DNA from: Octopus vulgaris
Taxonomy: Eukaryota
Assembly (NCBI GenBank): GCA_951406725.2
Contig: OX597818.1
Coordinates: forward strand, 100,564,001 to 100,628,000
Direction: 5' to 3'
DNA: 64,000 nucleotides
In this document: one piece after another, positions 13,762 through 27,978 of the stretch
How positions within the stretch are numbered: the stretch's first letter is position 1
Layout of the letters: each line of letters starts with the position of its first letter
Program-made: the position numbers and the translations under genes
The notes under the pieces: generated by a model
The model's database searches: none
What the model was told of the DNA's origin: nothing
Seen by the model: the letters and a program-made list of their open reading frames with translations, nothing else

Positions 13762-15383
13762 CAGTTGCGGCCAAAATGTTCAGAACGGCATTGTTTTCGT
13801 CAGAAAAGTAAGTATAAGTTTTTATCAAAGTTGTTTTATATTCTATAATTTTCACAGACAATAAATACAATATTATTTGTTATTGTCTGAGATTTTCGTT
13901 TTATTTGAGAAGATAATAAAAACGTTATAGATGATTTAGTGATTTACGGCAAAACCCATGGCGGCCAAAATGATCAGAACGGTTGCTTTTACTTCATGTT
14001 TTAGTATATTTAACCGCCGAACTCTAATGTTTTGAATTTGTTTACGTGACAGTTCGTTTACTAAACATTAGTAAGAATATCTGCAGTGTACTTTGTTAAT
14101 ATAATGCCACTTACTCCGTTACCAATTCCTCAGCAGATTATTAAGCCTCGAAAGAAGGATAATTTAAGTATTAGGTCTATTGCAAAGATTGTTAACAAGT
14201 CAAAAAGTGTTGTTCACGGTATTCTTAAGGTCTACGATGATTGTGGTTCGTGTGAAGCAAGAAAGTCTACGGATAGGCCAAGAAAAACGACCAAGAGAGA
14301 AGATCGTGCTATGGTAAAGTTGGTTAAAAAGGACAGATTTAAAACTACTGCTGCTGTTTTTCGGGAAATGAGCATTGTACTGAAGAAAACTTTATCTCGA
14401 AAAACTGTGTCTCGTCCTTTAGTTGAACATGACCTACAAGCAAGAGCACCTGCAGTGAAGCCACTGATCAGCTCCAAGAATAAAATATGTCGTCTAACCT
14501 TTGCAACCGAACATGTGTTGTGGTCTCAAGAAAAATAGCAAACGGTGCATTTCAGTGATGAATCTAAGTTTATGTTATTTGGCTCAGATAGGAAAAGGTA
14601 CGTTCGTCGAAGAGCAGGTGAAAAATTGTCACCTAAATACCTTAAGACTAGTGTTAAATTCGGTGGAGGAAGTGTCATGGTTTGGGGGATGATATCTGGA
14701 GATGTTGTGGGCCCTTTGCTGCGATTACATGGAAAGGTAAATGCAGGAGTTTATAAAACAACTTGTAAAAGATCATGTCTTGACTGTGCTGAGAAATTCA
14801 ACTAAGCGACCACCCATATTCATGCAGGACAATGCCCCATGTCACAAGGCTAAGGTGGTCATGAACTTCCTCAAGGCTGAAAAGCTTATTGTTATGAATT
14901 GGCCTGCTCAAAGCCCAGACCTCAATCCTATTGAAAATGTGTGGAATATTCTAGGAGAACGTTTGAAAGCAAGAAATCCTAAAACAACCGAGCAATTATG
15001 GAATGCCCTTCAGGAAGAGTGGAATACGATCACCCAGCAAGAAATTGAAAATTTAATTTCCCCATGCAGTCGAAAATGTCAAACTTTGATTGAAGCTAAA
15101 GGGATTCACACTAAATATGAAATAATTTCAGCATTCTCTGTCACTTTTTGATTCCTTTGTTATTTTTTCAACCGTTCTGATCATTTTGGCCACCATGGGT
15201 TTTGCAGTAAATGACTATATCATCCACAACTTTTATATTATCCACTCAAATTACTCAGACAATACCAATTAATATCGTATTTATTGTCTGTGAAAATTAT
15301 AGAATATAAAGCTTCTTTGATAAAAACATATACTTACTTTTCTGACAAAAACAATGCCGTTCTGAACATTTTGGCCGCAACTG
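13762..15383 (+). mobile_element. Full-length Tc1 (DD34E) transposon with long IR/DR-type TIRs
   Basis: CAGTTGCGGCCAAAATG termini, TA flanks, ~220-bp TIRs each with an inner repeat of GGCCAAAATG(A/T)TCAGAACGG (13961-13982; 15171-15191). Confidence 0.95.
14104..15120 (+). pseudogene. Tc1 transposase with a premature stop and a frameshift
   Basis: RPRKTT HTH linker, FSDESKF, MQDNAPCH, WPAQSPDLNPIENVW; TAG at 14536-14538; frameshift near 14750. Confidence 0.9.
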
Positions 15384-15639
15384 TATATCATATAATATAA
15401 TAATATTATATGAGAATATATTATAGCATATATATAACATATACGAACATGCATAATATAGAATATTATAGAATATACGTAATATATAAGAATACATGTA
15501 TGTGTGTATGCATCTATGTGTGCCTGCGAGTATGTGTGGGCGTGCGGTGTGTGCGTGTTCTTTTATAGAAAAAAATGAGGACATTTTCTGTTTGCTATAT
15601 TCATATGATTGCCAAAAATGTTCGCACCAACCAAGCATT

Positions 15640-15870
15640 GAAGAAATTTATGAAGTTAATATTGAATAAATTTCTTTGGATTTGATTTTATCATAGAAAG
15701 GGCGAAGGTATATTTTATTAAATGGATTTTGTTGTGGTTTACAAAGAAAAATTGGTTGTGGAAATGAAGTTTGACGTTGTGCAGAAGAGAAACGTAAATG
15801 TGGCATTCACGTTAATGGATGTTTATGGGAAAATATCACGTAGTATAATTATGTTTCGCAGCCAACCGTT
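15640..15870 (+). pseudogene. FLYWCH-like zinc-finger relic (probably MULE-derived), copy 1
   Basis: Reads S*KGRRYILLNGFCCGLQRK...V*RCAEEKRKCGIH; homologous to 18210-18450. Confidence 0.45.
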
Positions 15871-16199
15871 ACTGCAGTCATCATGTCATTTTATAATGTT
15901 TTCGTATTGCGATGCCCCAGGGAGCGTAATCCAAGACAAATGTCTGTGTGCCAAGAGAAGACAAGATAGTGGTTTTGAAGTATAATTCACTGAAATACCG
16001 TCTTTATTATTGAAGAAAATCAAATGGTCAGCCAATTCCAGTGTCCAGTAACAAAGAGACATTTCATTACTTACGCTCTCGGTATGGTGATGCCATTGAT
16101 ATTGTCCTTGTAATGATTTCTTGCCAAGACGTTCATACTGATGAAGCATATAATGATGAGCATTTTTTCATAGAATAATATGCACTACAATAAGGTTCA

Positions 16200-16580
16200 T
16201 CCGCTGTTGTCAACGATGAGCAAGGACATCGCATGGGATAAGATAGAGCAGGGTGTGTCCGGCTGTGGCCGATCACTCCGATACGTGTTCGGAACCCTGT
16301 ACCGCAGTTCGGAAGTCTCTACTGCAGTTCGGATGTGTCTACCGCAGTTCTGTTGGAACTCAAAGTAAGGAGTTGGTGGCGAACTTAATCTCATGTTTTC
16401 TTGGTGTTCCTGCGATTCTTTACTGTTTGTAGGAGATGGAATCTCTACTGGTGCAGTTTTGCTAAACATGGTTGTCATGTGCTTGCATTTGCCAGGTGTC
16501 GGTGTTGATCTCGAAGCACTTCAGTGACACTTGCGATGTGTCTTAAAAAGGCCCCTTCTATCCCATTTAAAACTGCAGGG
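16200..16580 (-). mobile_element. Decayed RTE-type LINE 3' fragment
   Basis: Minus-strand remnants SLKCFEINTDTWQ and NCGRHIRTA resemble RTE ORF2 C-termini. Confidence 0.45.
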
Positions 16581-16975
16581 GCTAATGTTATAAGAAACCT
16601 GCTTTCATGTTTTAGCTAAATGCACCAGATAAATGAGGTATTTTAATTCTTAGACTTAGTGTGGATAACGTCAGGAGAACGTTTCTATTATAAATCGTTA
16701 ATACACTTCACTGTATAAACTTGCGAGATTGAAGCGAGTTTCAAACGTGCATGAATAAAAAGCAACACCGAACTGAAGAAGTCCATGCATAAATATTAGG
16801 ACATGAGATTAGGCTATGCATATAAGCATCTATATATATGCATACTTAGATACGTATACTTGTAGATACATACATACATACACACAGACACACATATATA
16901 TGTGTGTGTTTATTTATATGTATATATATATGCATGCGCGCATATGTATGGAGGTATATGAAATTGTATGCGTGC

Positions 16976-17010
<35 letters not shown>

Positions 17011-18031
17011 TCATATTCTAACATATTAACTATATTGGTTGGAGAATTATTTTTATATAACGTAGAACATGTGAACCCAAGAAACATGGAGGTGGACGAA
17101 ATTGCGGCGCTGTGGACACTCGTACCTCTCAGTATTTCTTCAGCCTTGAATTTCATTTTGTACCCATACAAGCACAGTAGCGACGGTTCTGTGGTAAGAA
17201 GTTTTCTTCATAATAACATGATTCTTGGTTCAGTCCCACTGCGTCACACCTTGGGAAGGTATCACCCACTGCAGTGCCTATAATTTAGAGCACATACCTT
17301 CTTAGACATTTAAGATTAGTCATGCGCGTCCGTATTCATTTGCATACTTGCAACCATTTTTGAATGGGGTGGCGTGCATGTCAATATATATGCATGACCA
17401 CTCTTACCTATAATTTTTTCTCAATCGTTGTTCTGTAGCACATAAATATTCAAAATGATTTTCAATTTCTTTTTTTTTTTACCTTTTTCCCCTTCTTTTT
17501 ATTGTATTTTTCCTCCAGCCATCCTATTCTGTTGAACATGCACGGTCTTCTGATTGTAATCAAAATCAAATGAGTGTGTATGCATACTCAAAATTCACTT
17601 ATGCCGCATAACATTTCTATTTTTCTGTAGTCATATTAACATAATCTTTAGTCGTATCGTTGGGCTTTAATTCTAGTATCAATATAAGGAAGCGTACCAT
17701 CGACCAAAATGACCTGCCTCATAAAGCAGCTAGACACGAAAGTAACTCAAGGTCAACTTAAAATACCAAAAGGAAATTACTCCGTACTCTCTCCCTCTTT
17801 CTAATGGGGACTTCTGGCGATCATTATATCATTACTAAACAGCGTATCGTAATATCTATTTATCAATCTGTATGTCTGTTTGTATATCTGTCTCTCTGCC
17901 CGCATGCCTGCCTATCAGCCTATCAGTCTAAATGCATGCATATATATATATATATATACAATGTTTACTTTATGTACATATATAAATATATATACTTGAG
18001 TACATATGTGTGTGCATGTGCGCATGGATGC

Positions 18032-18084
<53 letters not shown>

Positions 18085-18209
18085 TGTATTGAGAGAAAGT
18101 AATAGAAGTTTCGTTACGCGATAGATTTCTCTAATTTTATTTTCATTTGAGTTGTTGCTAAGATTCCAAACTTCATTTCAGTTGCACATTGTTCGCACCT
18201 TAAGAAAGT

Positions 18210-18450
18210 TTGAAGAGTTTTATGAAGTTAAAACTAAATAAATTAGCTGTGTGGAGTTGATTTTATCAGAAAAAGTGAGAAAGCACATTTCATTAAATGG
18301 ATTTTGTTACCTTTTAGATAGAAAATTTGAAACGGAATGGATTCTTGGCGTTCTGCTGAAGCCAAATGTAAACGTTACATCAACGTTAATGGATGTTTAT
18401 AGCAAAATATCATGAAGCAAAGACATGATTCGATACCACAGTTATTGCGG
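18210..18450 (+). pseudogene. FLYWCH-like zinc-finger relic, copy 2
   Basis: SEKVRKHISLNGFCYLLDRK...WRSAEAKCKRYINVNG (one frameshift). Confidence 0.45.
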
Positions 18451-19123
18451 GGATGCAGACACTGAAGTCATTTTGAAGGGCATACCTCATGTGTTAATGC
18501 TTGTAGGAGAATGATACATGTTCACAAGATTTTTAGGTAGAGTAAAACATTATTTTACGACAGAAATACACTTCACAGAGACGAACTGCCCAGGGCTGCG
18601 CATTACAAAATGAACCAAATTTAGTCAAACATAATGTGAGAGATATTAGATTACGGGGAAATTTATGCACAATATGCAATGGGCGAAACATTTATCTTAC
18701 GAATGTAGAACTAAGCACCTGTATAAAGTGCTGGTGTAAGTTTTTTCTTTTTGTTTTTATACATCAAAGTATGCTGATCTTTTTAGAAGATACAAATGAC
18801 AGCTTGTGGATAATTATTATGACGTATACGCCTTTTCTGTCAAATTATATTTGTATTGCTTGCAAATGAAATGTCATTTAAATTTCTATACATATGTTTG
18901 CCCACAAGACAAAGAACATATATGTGTGTGCTAGTATATCTGTGCATCTCCATGATGTGGCTGCAAACACGTGACCTAGTATTGCCATCGACAGATGGAA
19001 AATCCCACACAAGCGACGGCTGCGACCAGCCATTTTTGTGATATGTCTTACTTTTCTTTCAAGTGATGCATGATGCGCATGAGCTCTTATACCATTTCAC
19101 AAATCATTATTTTCGTTCTGCAG

Positions 19124-19204
19124 GTTGTTCAACAACCACCCTCCTCACCAATTAGGCTTGATGAGGTTGCTACTTCAATCGCCGACGATGCAACCATGCA
19201 ACAG
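19124..19204 (+). CDS. Candidate isolated internal exon (VVQQPPSSPIRLDEVATSIADDATMQQ)
   Basis: Acceptor TTTTCGTTCTGCAG, 81 nt open in phase 0, weak donor CAG/GTTGTA; partner exons not identified. Confidence 0.3.
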
Positions 19205-19274
19205 GTTGTAGTGGGTTATATGTTACCAGTAGCACCCAAATGCGATCTGACATACATAAATACATATATACATG

Positions 19275-19405
<131 letters not shown>

Positions 19406-19708
19406 CTTTTATAATGAAGTTTTGTAAACAAAGAGATTGATCTTTCGAGGGATGTCTTACATCTAAGTGTCCACTGGTTTATCCATATGTCAATGAATTT
19501 ACTGGACATTGTTTCCCTGAGTTAGTATTAGTGCTTATTAGATAATATATTATTAGTACTTTATATATTATAGTGTTCCAGTACTTCCTATAGATGTTTT
19601 CATCTGAATCGAAATATGAGAGCATAATTTCAGTAGTATAATATAAAGAAAATGGAGAGGTTGAATACAGCAAAATCAATTTATTTACATATCTGTCGAT
19701 TGTATAAG

Positions 19709-19794
19709 GCCTACGAACGTTTCAATATCTACCGTCATTAATTTCACAATTAATAATTTATTATGAATTCAAAAGGTAAAGATCTCTTCAGGGC
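19709..19794 (-). ncRNA. Type I hammerhead ribozyme motif (slightly degenerate)
   Basis: Minus strand: GCC-CUGAAGA-GAUCUUUACC(...)GGUAGAUAUU-GAAA-CG-UU-CG-UA-GGC. Core intact, stem I only 3 bp, stem II opens with G-U. Confidence 0.6.
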
Positions 19795-19928
19795 TAAAAT
19801 CGAGATATACCTCCTGAATTCAAAATGCAATTATAAATTGTAGCATGTATGAAGGTAGACATTGAATCGATCATAGCCCTTATGTAGTCGAAAATTATGT
19901 AAGTAAATTAATTTTACTCCCCATCTTG

Positions 19929-19970
<42 letters not shown>

Positions 19971-19977
19971 AATATAT

Positions 19978-20020
<43 letters not shown>

Positions 20021-20031
20021 CACAAATATAT

Positions 20032-20066
<35 letters not shown>

Positions 20067-23000
20067 CAAACGCAGACACAGATACATGTAGCAGTGCAAA
20101 ATATTGCATTTATGTTTGCACATGAAGATATGCATGCGAGGTTTTTGGGGCCGGTGTTGAGGTGTGTATTATTTGACCATAATAGAAGTTAATATGAAAC
20201 AAGTATTTTAATATGAAACGCGAATCTTAAAATATTGTACGTCTCGATTTTCATAGCAGCATTCCAAATGTTTTTTTTTTCTTTCATCTCAGCTAATGCA
20301 TCGCAAGGGCAACTCATGACTGAATTTCCAGCCAACTTATTTATGGGTTAAGCATTATCATCAATTCATAAAGATGATAGTATACCGTTGGTTCTTTTAC
20401 CACTGGCAATGTTTTTTGTTAAGTATTTCAATATTAGTTGAAAAAATAAACAATTTATTGAAGTAGATAATAAATTCAATTTTTGAAATTTAACCGACAA
20501 AAAATGTACTTTTGTACTATTTGGTACCATATTGTATTAAGACTATTAAATATTTTATATGTATAACTCAACTTAATACATTTGTAAAAGTCACTTGATT
20601 GACTCATCGGTAAAATTAATTGTTCTGTCTGTTCATCCGCTAAATTGTCTTGTGCTGGTTTGCCGAGGCCTCATATTTCCTACATTGAACGTGAACCATC
20701 GTTGGTGAAATATTCTATTTAAATGATAGATTATCCTATACTTTTGTGCTTCTGCGTATTTTGCTGTCTCACTACATTTTATGTAAGTTGGCACAGGGAG
20801 AACCTACTCATAGCTGACCTCTGATAAGAATTTATCCATAAAATTCTTTTTTTGACATGAGATGGCATAATATTTATTCAATTTCCATGTGTATTTTTTA
20901 TTACAGAAGCCAGTGTATGAGTGTCTCTATAAGACCACATTTGCTTTTATTTTTATGTGTTCCTATAACTATTATACTTTGAATGAATATTTTCCTCTAC
21001 TCACCAGATACGATTATTTTTGTACGGTTTCAGTTTCAATAAAAGTAGTTTAAAATAAACTTCGTGCAAAATTATAGTAGGTGTTTTGTGTGTCGCTCTT
21101 TATTAGACATTATATTTCATTCAAATTACATTTATCTTATATTATGTTGCGTATATTTTCTTGACAAACTGTTACTTGTTTCTATTACATTGTTAAAGTT
21201 TTGCTGTATCAAAATTTATTTCATGTTGTTATAGTATAGCAAATCGTATTTGCTGAGTATATGTAGTTATATTATTTTAGAAGTATATTTCACTATCAGA
21301 CATGTACCATTAATATTTTAAATTTCCTTTCAGCTATCTTTCACTGAAATAGAATTATCACTTGTGAAATTGAATTTGAACATTTCAAATTTTCGTTTCT
21401 GTGTTTTACCGAATATTCTTTCTTGGTTTTCTCAAGTATTGCCATAATGATCAATATATTTTCATGGCTTAAATATTATCACTATATTTTTGCCAGCCAG
21501 CCCCACAATGGCAGACAATTTCCCTGCATTCCGAGGATAACCGTTGGACTGTTGCTAATGCTAATTTTCCAGTCGTTCCCTTTCAGGCCTTTTGTTGTCC
21601 GATCATCGTTTCACTTTAATGCAGAAACATATTTTTCTGAAACAACCTCAGCTTGAAGTTTAAGCATTTGAGAACAAACTTTGGAATTTGTCTATTTAAG
21701 TTCTCCGTATATCTAATAAAATTGTTTGAATTAGATTCTTTACGTCCTTTCTTAAAGTGCTAAGTAGGTCGTTGAGAAAAACGTTATAATTTTCATGATG
21801 AATTACAGATTTGTTTGATAAAGAGGCACGTGTGATTAGATCTGTATTCTGTTTGAAGCATAATTAAAAGCGAGTGGTTCTTAATCTATTTACTTTACTC
21901 TATACTATCCATTGTCACGTATTTACTGCTTCGATACCAGTGTTCTTTAACCTCTCACGATATAATTTGTATTTTATATTATGTATTCCATAAATCTCTC
22001 ATCATGTCTGATCTTATACACCCACAAACACAGAAACAATAAATTAAACTCAATCAAACTCACATGCCCACGTCATCTTATATATTTCGGAGGAAAGCTT
22101 TATTTGTCGTAGAGTATAACACTGACCTGTTTGCCTTTAACGAAATCCAAACCATCGCAACCATTCATGCCAGGTACTCTGATCAGTGGATACCGCCTTC
22201 TATCCTACCCATCGATCTTGGAGATTTATGGCTAATGACTTTTCTCATGACTAAAATATTTTATATGTTTCTTTGTGAGTGTGTGCGACTGACTGCGTGA
22301 ATATACGTGATTATAAAATTACAGCTAGTTTCCTGTCTCTTTAGTAGCTATTTCATACTTTGGACATTTCTGTTTTATGTATTGGCTCTCATGAATAACT
22401 ATTTAACACTTCATTAATTTCCTGAAAGGAGATTTCATAATACGATTCCTATGATTAATACATAAAAGACCCGTAGCACCTTTTAATACGTTCTTACCAC
22501 TTTGCAACGGAGGACCAACAACAATTACACGTTATGATTTTACTGGATATTTCTGGCGTATTTCTTATCGTTCTTCACATCTTAACAGATTTTTTACCAT
22601 ACCATTCGCACACTTTAACGCCTCAGCTTTATTTTCCCATTGTCAGGAACCGATGCAAAAACACAAGCGAAGCCGATAATCTAAGGGTAAAAAAATAAAT
22701 CTCTTCAAACTCTAAGCCTGTTAAATACTCCCCTAATCACTTATAATATTAGTAATTGATTAACACTTTTATCTTTCCCCACAGTGCATTTAATATATGA
22801 CGATATAATTTTAATATATCTTATGCTTGAAATAACTCATTGTCTTAAAACAAATGGTAGTCGAACATAGATGTATTGGGTCATCGCTTAAATAATACGA
22901 TTTTCCCAGTTGCATGAGCTAAAAGTCGGAATGGGGTTGCAGAAACTACTTGCATCAACTTGCTATGAAGGCAAGGAGTAATTTTATGTTGTGTTTATTC

Positions 23001-23068
23001 TTATTGCATGTGTGGAAGACTGCAATTTGATTTTGACAGTTAATTTTTCAAAGCTTTAATTGAAGCGT

Positions 23069-23905
23069 ATGTTGCCTTATGATTTCAGTAAAGGCAAGAA
23101 TACAAGGAAATAAGCAAAGAATATCAATGCAGTATATAGGCATCGGACAATAAACGTAATCCGGATTCAACAGTGGTTCTAGAAATTTCGAGCCGGAAAC
23201 TAAAGCCTAGAAGACAAGCTTCATCCTGAAAGATCTGTAGAACTCGACGACGACGTTATGCAAAATCTTGTGGAATAAAATCTCATCGTAACTGTTGCGA
23301 AAATAGCAGAGAAGCTTGGACTTGGTTATTCAACCATTCATCGACACCTGCGTGCCTTTGGGAAAGTCAACAAATTAAGTTAAAATATTCCTCCGAAATT
23401 TTCCGGGTCTAATCGCGTGCAATGTGTGCACGTGTGCTCACCTTTGCTGTCCAGTCTCACGAATGAAAAATTTTTGGACCAAGTTGTGACTGGAGACGAG
23501 AAATGGGTTCTCTATAGCGCCGAAGATGATTGGTAGGAAAAGGAGGAACACCGGAAGCTCGGACTGAAAACGGACATTGCCCATGTAAGGTGTTGTTATC
23601 TGTTTGGCGAGATATGAAAGGTCTAGTCCACTTTGAAATGTTATGCCCAAAATAAACGATAACAAAGGAGATCTACTGCCAGCAGACTGAGCGACTTAAG
23701 TCAGTGCTAGAAGATGATGATCTTATTTGGTTTCAAGACGATAGGTGTTTATCCATGAGGATAATGCTCGGCCACATACAACGAGGATGACATTCCAAAG
23801 GATGGAGCTGTTTGAATGGGAAACGATGCTCCACCCGCCATATTCGCCCGATATAGCCCTCCTTTGATTATCACTTATAGCGCACTCTTCAAAATCATTT
23901 GAATG
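23069..23905 (+). mobile_element. Degenerate mariner transposase relic
   Basis: WF*KFRAGN, VTGDEKWVLY, HEDNARPHT, HPPYSPDIA remnants with many disruptions. Confidence 0.85.
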
Positions 23906-23908
23906 GGA

Positions 23909-23944
<36 letters not shown>

Positions 23945-24004
23945 CGATACACATGTTTACATGCTCATATATACATCTACACGTACACACACGCATATAC
24001 ATAT

Positions 24005-24305
24005 GTAAGCCCAGTACTTATTCTATCGGTCTGTTTTGCCGAACCGCTAAGTGACGGGGACTTAAACACACCAACATCGGTTGTCAAGCAATGCTAGGGG
24101 GACAAACATATACACACACTTATATATATATATACATATATACGACAGGCTTCTTTCAGTTTCCGTCTACCAAATCCACTCACAAGGCATTGGTCGGCCC
24201 GGGGCTATAGCAGAAGACACTTGCCCAAGATGCCACGCAGTGGGACTGAACCCGGAACCATGTGGTTGGTTAGCAAGCTACTTACCACACAGCCACTCCT
24301 GCGCC
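24005..24305 (-). mobile_element. CORE-like tRNA SINE (dominant family), 3' part missing
   Basis: Reverse complement of GGCGCAGGAGTGGCTGTGTGGTAAG...TTGGGCAAGTGTCTTC. Confidence 0.85.
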
Positions 24306-25405
24306 TGCATATATATATATATATATATAATATTTATATATGTGTATGTGTACGAGAATGCATCTGGGTGTGCGGTGTGTAGAGCGGGACTGAACTCGAT
24401 ATTTTCTTGTTAGAAAGACATCTTTTCTGGCAGCAAATTCTCCGCCTACATACATACACACATACATGCATACATGCATACATGCATGCATACATACACG
24501 CATACACGCATGCATACATACATACATACATACATACATACATACATACATACATACATAATTCGAAATTTGACAAAATCCGGCCTTTCACTTAGGTAAT
24601 GTAGTACGTATGATTGTCCACACAATATCTATGGGAAATTTTGATGCTACTCAAATTTCTTTGACGATAGTTTAAAGAGTCGAAAATAAATTTAATAATT
24701 TTGAATTCCATTGATTTTACAGTTAAACTGAAATAATTCATAAAAAATCCTATGAACATATCAATAATTATTTCACGTAGAACTGTACAAAACCGTAATC
24801 CGTATTTTCTGTATAGGAAACAATCTTGCCTATCACCCCGTTATTAACGATACGGTCAGGAGATGGATGTAACCGGAAACAGCAAAACACATTACTACAC
24901 TCGCTTCGGTTTAACAACACTTTATTCCTCCAACGCCGCAAATATAGATTGTGTTTACTGAATGAGAATTTGTAACACTCGTAATTCAACTAATCATTTA
25001 CACTGGAAACGAAATGATATTGGAAACTGTATGTAAAGCTTACGTCAAAAGCAATAAAGATTCATAACATATACACTAAAGTTCTAAATTAACTATCAAG
25101 CTATTTATACACCTTTCTTATGTCAATCTATTCATCGATATATCTACATAAATATGTGAAAATAAACACAAGGAACGAATGAGACAATAAAAATCATAAA
25201 TTAACAAAGAGAAATAAGAGAATACATACGAAAATCGGATATAAACGCGGAATAGACTAATGGACGCGTGACAATCGATGTATTTAGCAAATCTAATTTG
25301 ACACGATGACAAACAGTATAGAATATACACATTAACAAATAATATTTAGACCACGCATATTGAAGAAGAGATTCTTACATATATATATATATATATATAT
25401 ATATA

Positions 25406-25805
25406 GGTGCAGGAGTGGCTGTGTGATAAGTAGCTTGTTTACCAACCACATGGTTCCGGCTTCGGTCCCACTGTGTGACACATTGGGCAAGGGTCTTCTA
25501 CTATAGCCTCGGGCCGACCAAAGCATTGTGAGTGGATTTGGTAGACGGAAACTGAGAGAATCCCGTCGTATATATATATATATATATGTTTTTGTGTCTG
25601 TGTTTGTCCCTCCAACATCGTTTGACAACCGATGCTGGTGTGTTTACTTCCTCGTCATCTGCGGTTCGGCAAGAGAGAACGATAGAATAAGTACCAGGCT
25701 TGCAAAAAAAACAAAACCTCGCGTCAATTTGCTCGACTAAAGGCGGTGCTCCAGCATGGCTGCAGTCAAATGACTGAAACAAATAAAAGTATAAAAGAAA
25801 GAAAA
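25406..25805 (+). mobile_element. CORE-like tRNA SINE (dominant family), full length
   Basis: Head, core, internal microsatellite and GGCGGTGCTCCAGCATGGCTGCAGTCAAATGACTGAAAC tail. Confidence 0.9.
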
Positions 25806-26279
25806 AATATATATGTTTGCGCGTGTGTGTCTGTGTGTGTGTGTGAGCGTGCGCGCGCATTTGTGTATCTCTGTGCGTATTTGTGTGTGCGTGTATTTAT
25901 GTATATATATAAAAAAAGGATTCTGGTAGAATCGAGTACTTGAAAAGGTATGGACCATACAGGTGTGGATAAAACTGTGGTCACCACCTATGGTTGATAA
26001 ATATCAAATAAGATATTCCGTTTGTGTATACAGAGAAAGCCAAATGTAGGAGTATTTAGCGCCTAGTTGCTGGTCCAAATCACACGCTACGTTGATTGTA
26101 CGTTGTTGTTAAATTCTAAAGTGTCAGATATGTTGAACACACAAACACACAAATTATCATGCTATTCGGGCTAAATTTTCCCCTTTTGCTTTGCCTTCAT
26201 ATTTTTTTCAAGAACAGCTTAATCTATTGCATTGAACAGCATTGAAGTTCGGAATGATTATAGTTAATAGTTGAGATAG

Positions 26280-26870
26280 AAATAGCTAATATGGAAGACT
26301 GGAACCCATCTGAATACCGGAAAAGATTTGCCTGTATCATAACCAATCGCGCCGCGTATGGAAATGACAACATTATGGGTTTTACTCAATGTTTTGTGAA
26401 TGTTGTAAAGCTGTAAGACGTGGTATGAATAACATCCCAAAAGTGCGATGCTGTTTGGGTGTGTCTCAACTGAAGGTCAAGTCAGGTCACCCTGCACATT
26501 TGAACACGGCATTTAGGCTCACTTCAGATGACTAAGTGCACATGAAGGATACAGTGGAGAGGGTTGCAGCTGGAATACCATATGTATGACAGTAGATTTC
26601 CGTCCTTGCCATCCCTCTGTAAAGAAGTTGGTGAGGAATTTCCCCAGCGCCAATTTCTAACCTCATAATTCTCCTAATGGATTACTATACGTGGGCTGCG
26701 CATAAGAAAGACGGTAACTAATAAACCTGCACCACCTAGGGTGAGATGGTAGCCAATATCAATCATTTATTGGTGGGCCTTCCCAGAAACAGCAACAGTG
26801 TACACGTGTGCAACTTTCTGGACATGTCTTCAGACTGTGGTGGAATCTGAAGGAAGTTGATTTGAGCACA
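26280..26870 (+). mobile_element. Decayed Tc1/mariner-superfamily (maT/DD37D-like) transposase relic
   Basis: Remnants VAAGIPYV*Q*, NF*PHNSP and MDYYTWA, plus a terminal TVVESEG, resemble maT C-termini. Confidence 0.5.
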
Positions 26871-26940
26871 CTGTAATCTTCCAATAAAGACATATTATTA
26901 TGAGATATATTATTAGAAATATTATGAGATATATTATTTA

Positions 26941-27090
26941 AGGCGGAGAGCTGGTATTATCTTTAGCACTCGGGTAAAATATTTAGCGACCTTTCATCCG
27001 ATTTTTCGTTCTGAGGTCAAATTCTGCTGAGGTTTACTTTGCCTCTGATAGCCTTTGGGTTCGAGGAAACAAGTACCAGTAGAGTGTTGG
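26941..27090 (+). mobile_element. Decayed Meta-like SINE
   Basis: AGGCGGAGAGCTGG...GAGGTCAAATTCTGCTGAGG, similar to the 30937 copy. Confidence 0.6.
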
Positions 27091-27121
27091 GGTTTTGGTA
27101 AGATACGTTATTTTGATTATA

Positions 27122-27197
<76 letters not shown>

Positions 27198-27414
27198 GTG
27201 TGTGTGTATGTATAAGGTGTATCATTGACATTTATAGAATGCGTATCATATACAAACTCAGCAGACAATTAAAGATGGAGATGCGAAAGTGTTATATGTT
27301 TTTAAAAATTTAAAGGATGATATAAAACACAACCTTTTTTCTCTCTCTCTATAACACACACAAACACACACAGACACACACAGACACACACACACACACA
27401 AACACACACGCACA

Positions 27415-27506
<92 letters not shown>

Positions 27507-27978
27507 TGTTAAGAGGTATATTTACCAGAACTACATTAAAATATCTTGAAATACTAAAGAATAATGTTCATTCCATAAAATCAACATTGGTTTCAACATC
27601 GGTCTCCAGACGACTTCGGAATCTCCTGCAGCATTTCTGGACGGTCTCCTTGTTTAGGTTGGTGACTACTGTCGTAATCCTTGCCTTCAGTTAATTTTTG
27701 GTATTGCAAGGACATTTGTTGCTCTCTCGCTCAACTGCGCTCAACACACATTATACTTTTTCTGGGAGTTTTGGGGAGATTGCTGGCCATATGTCAGAGG
27801 TGATGTGATCGCAGGAATTGTCTGATAGCCATGACTGGGTTCTCCTGCTTGTATTGTATGGTGCTGCTGCAAGACATAGAGTCTTCCAGCTACCACCCTC
27901 TTGACCCAGGGCAATGTTTGATGAGGGGACTCCTTCCAATCTTCTCCAATTGTGAAATGATTAAAGTAGAGTTTATTT

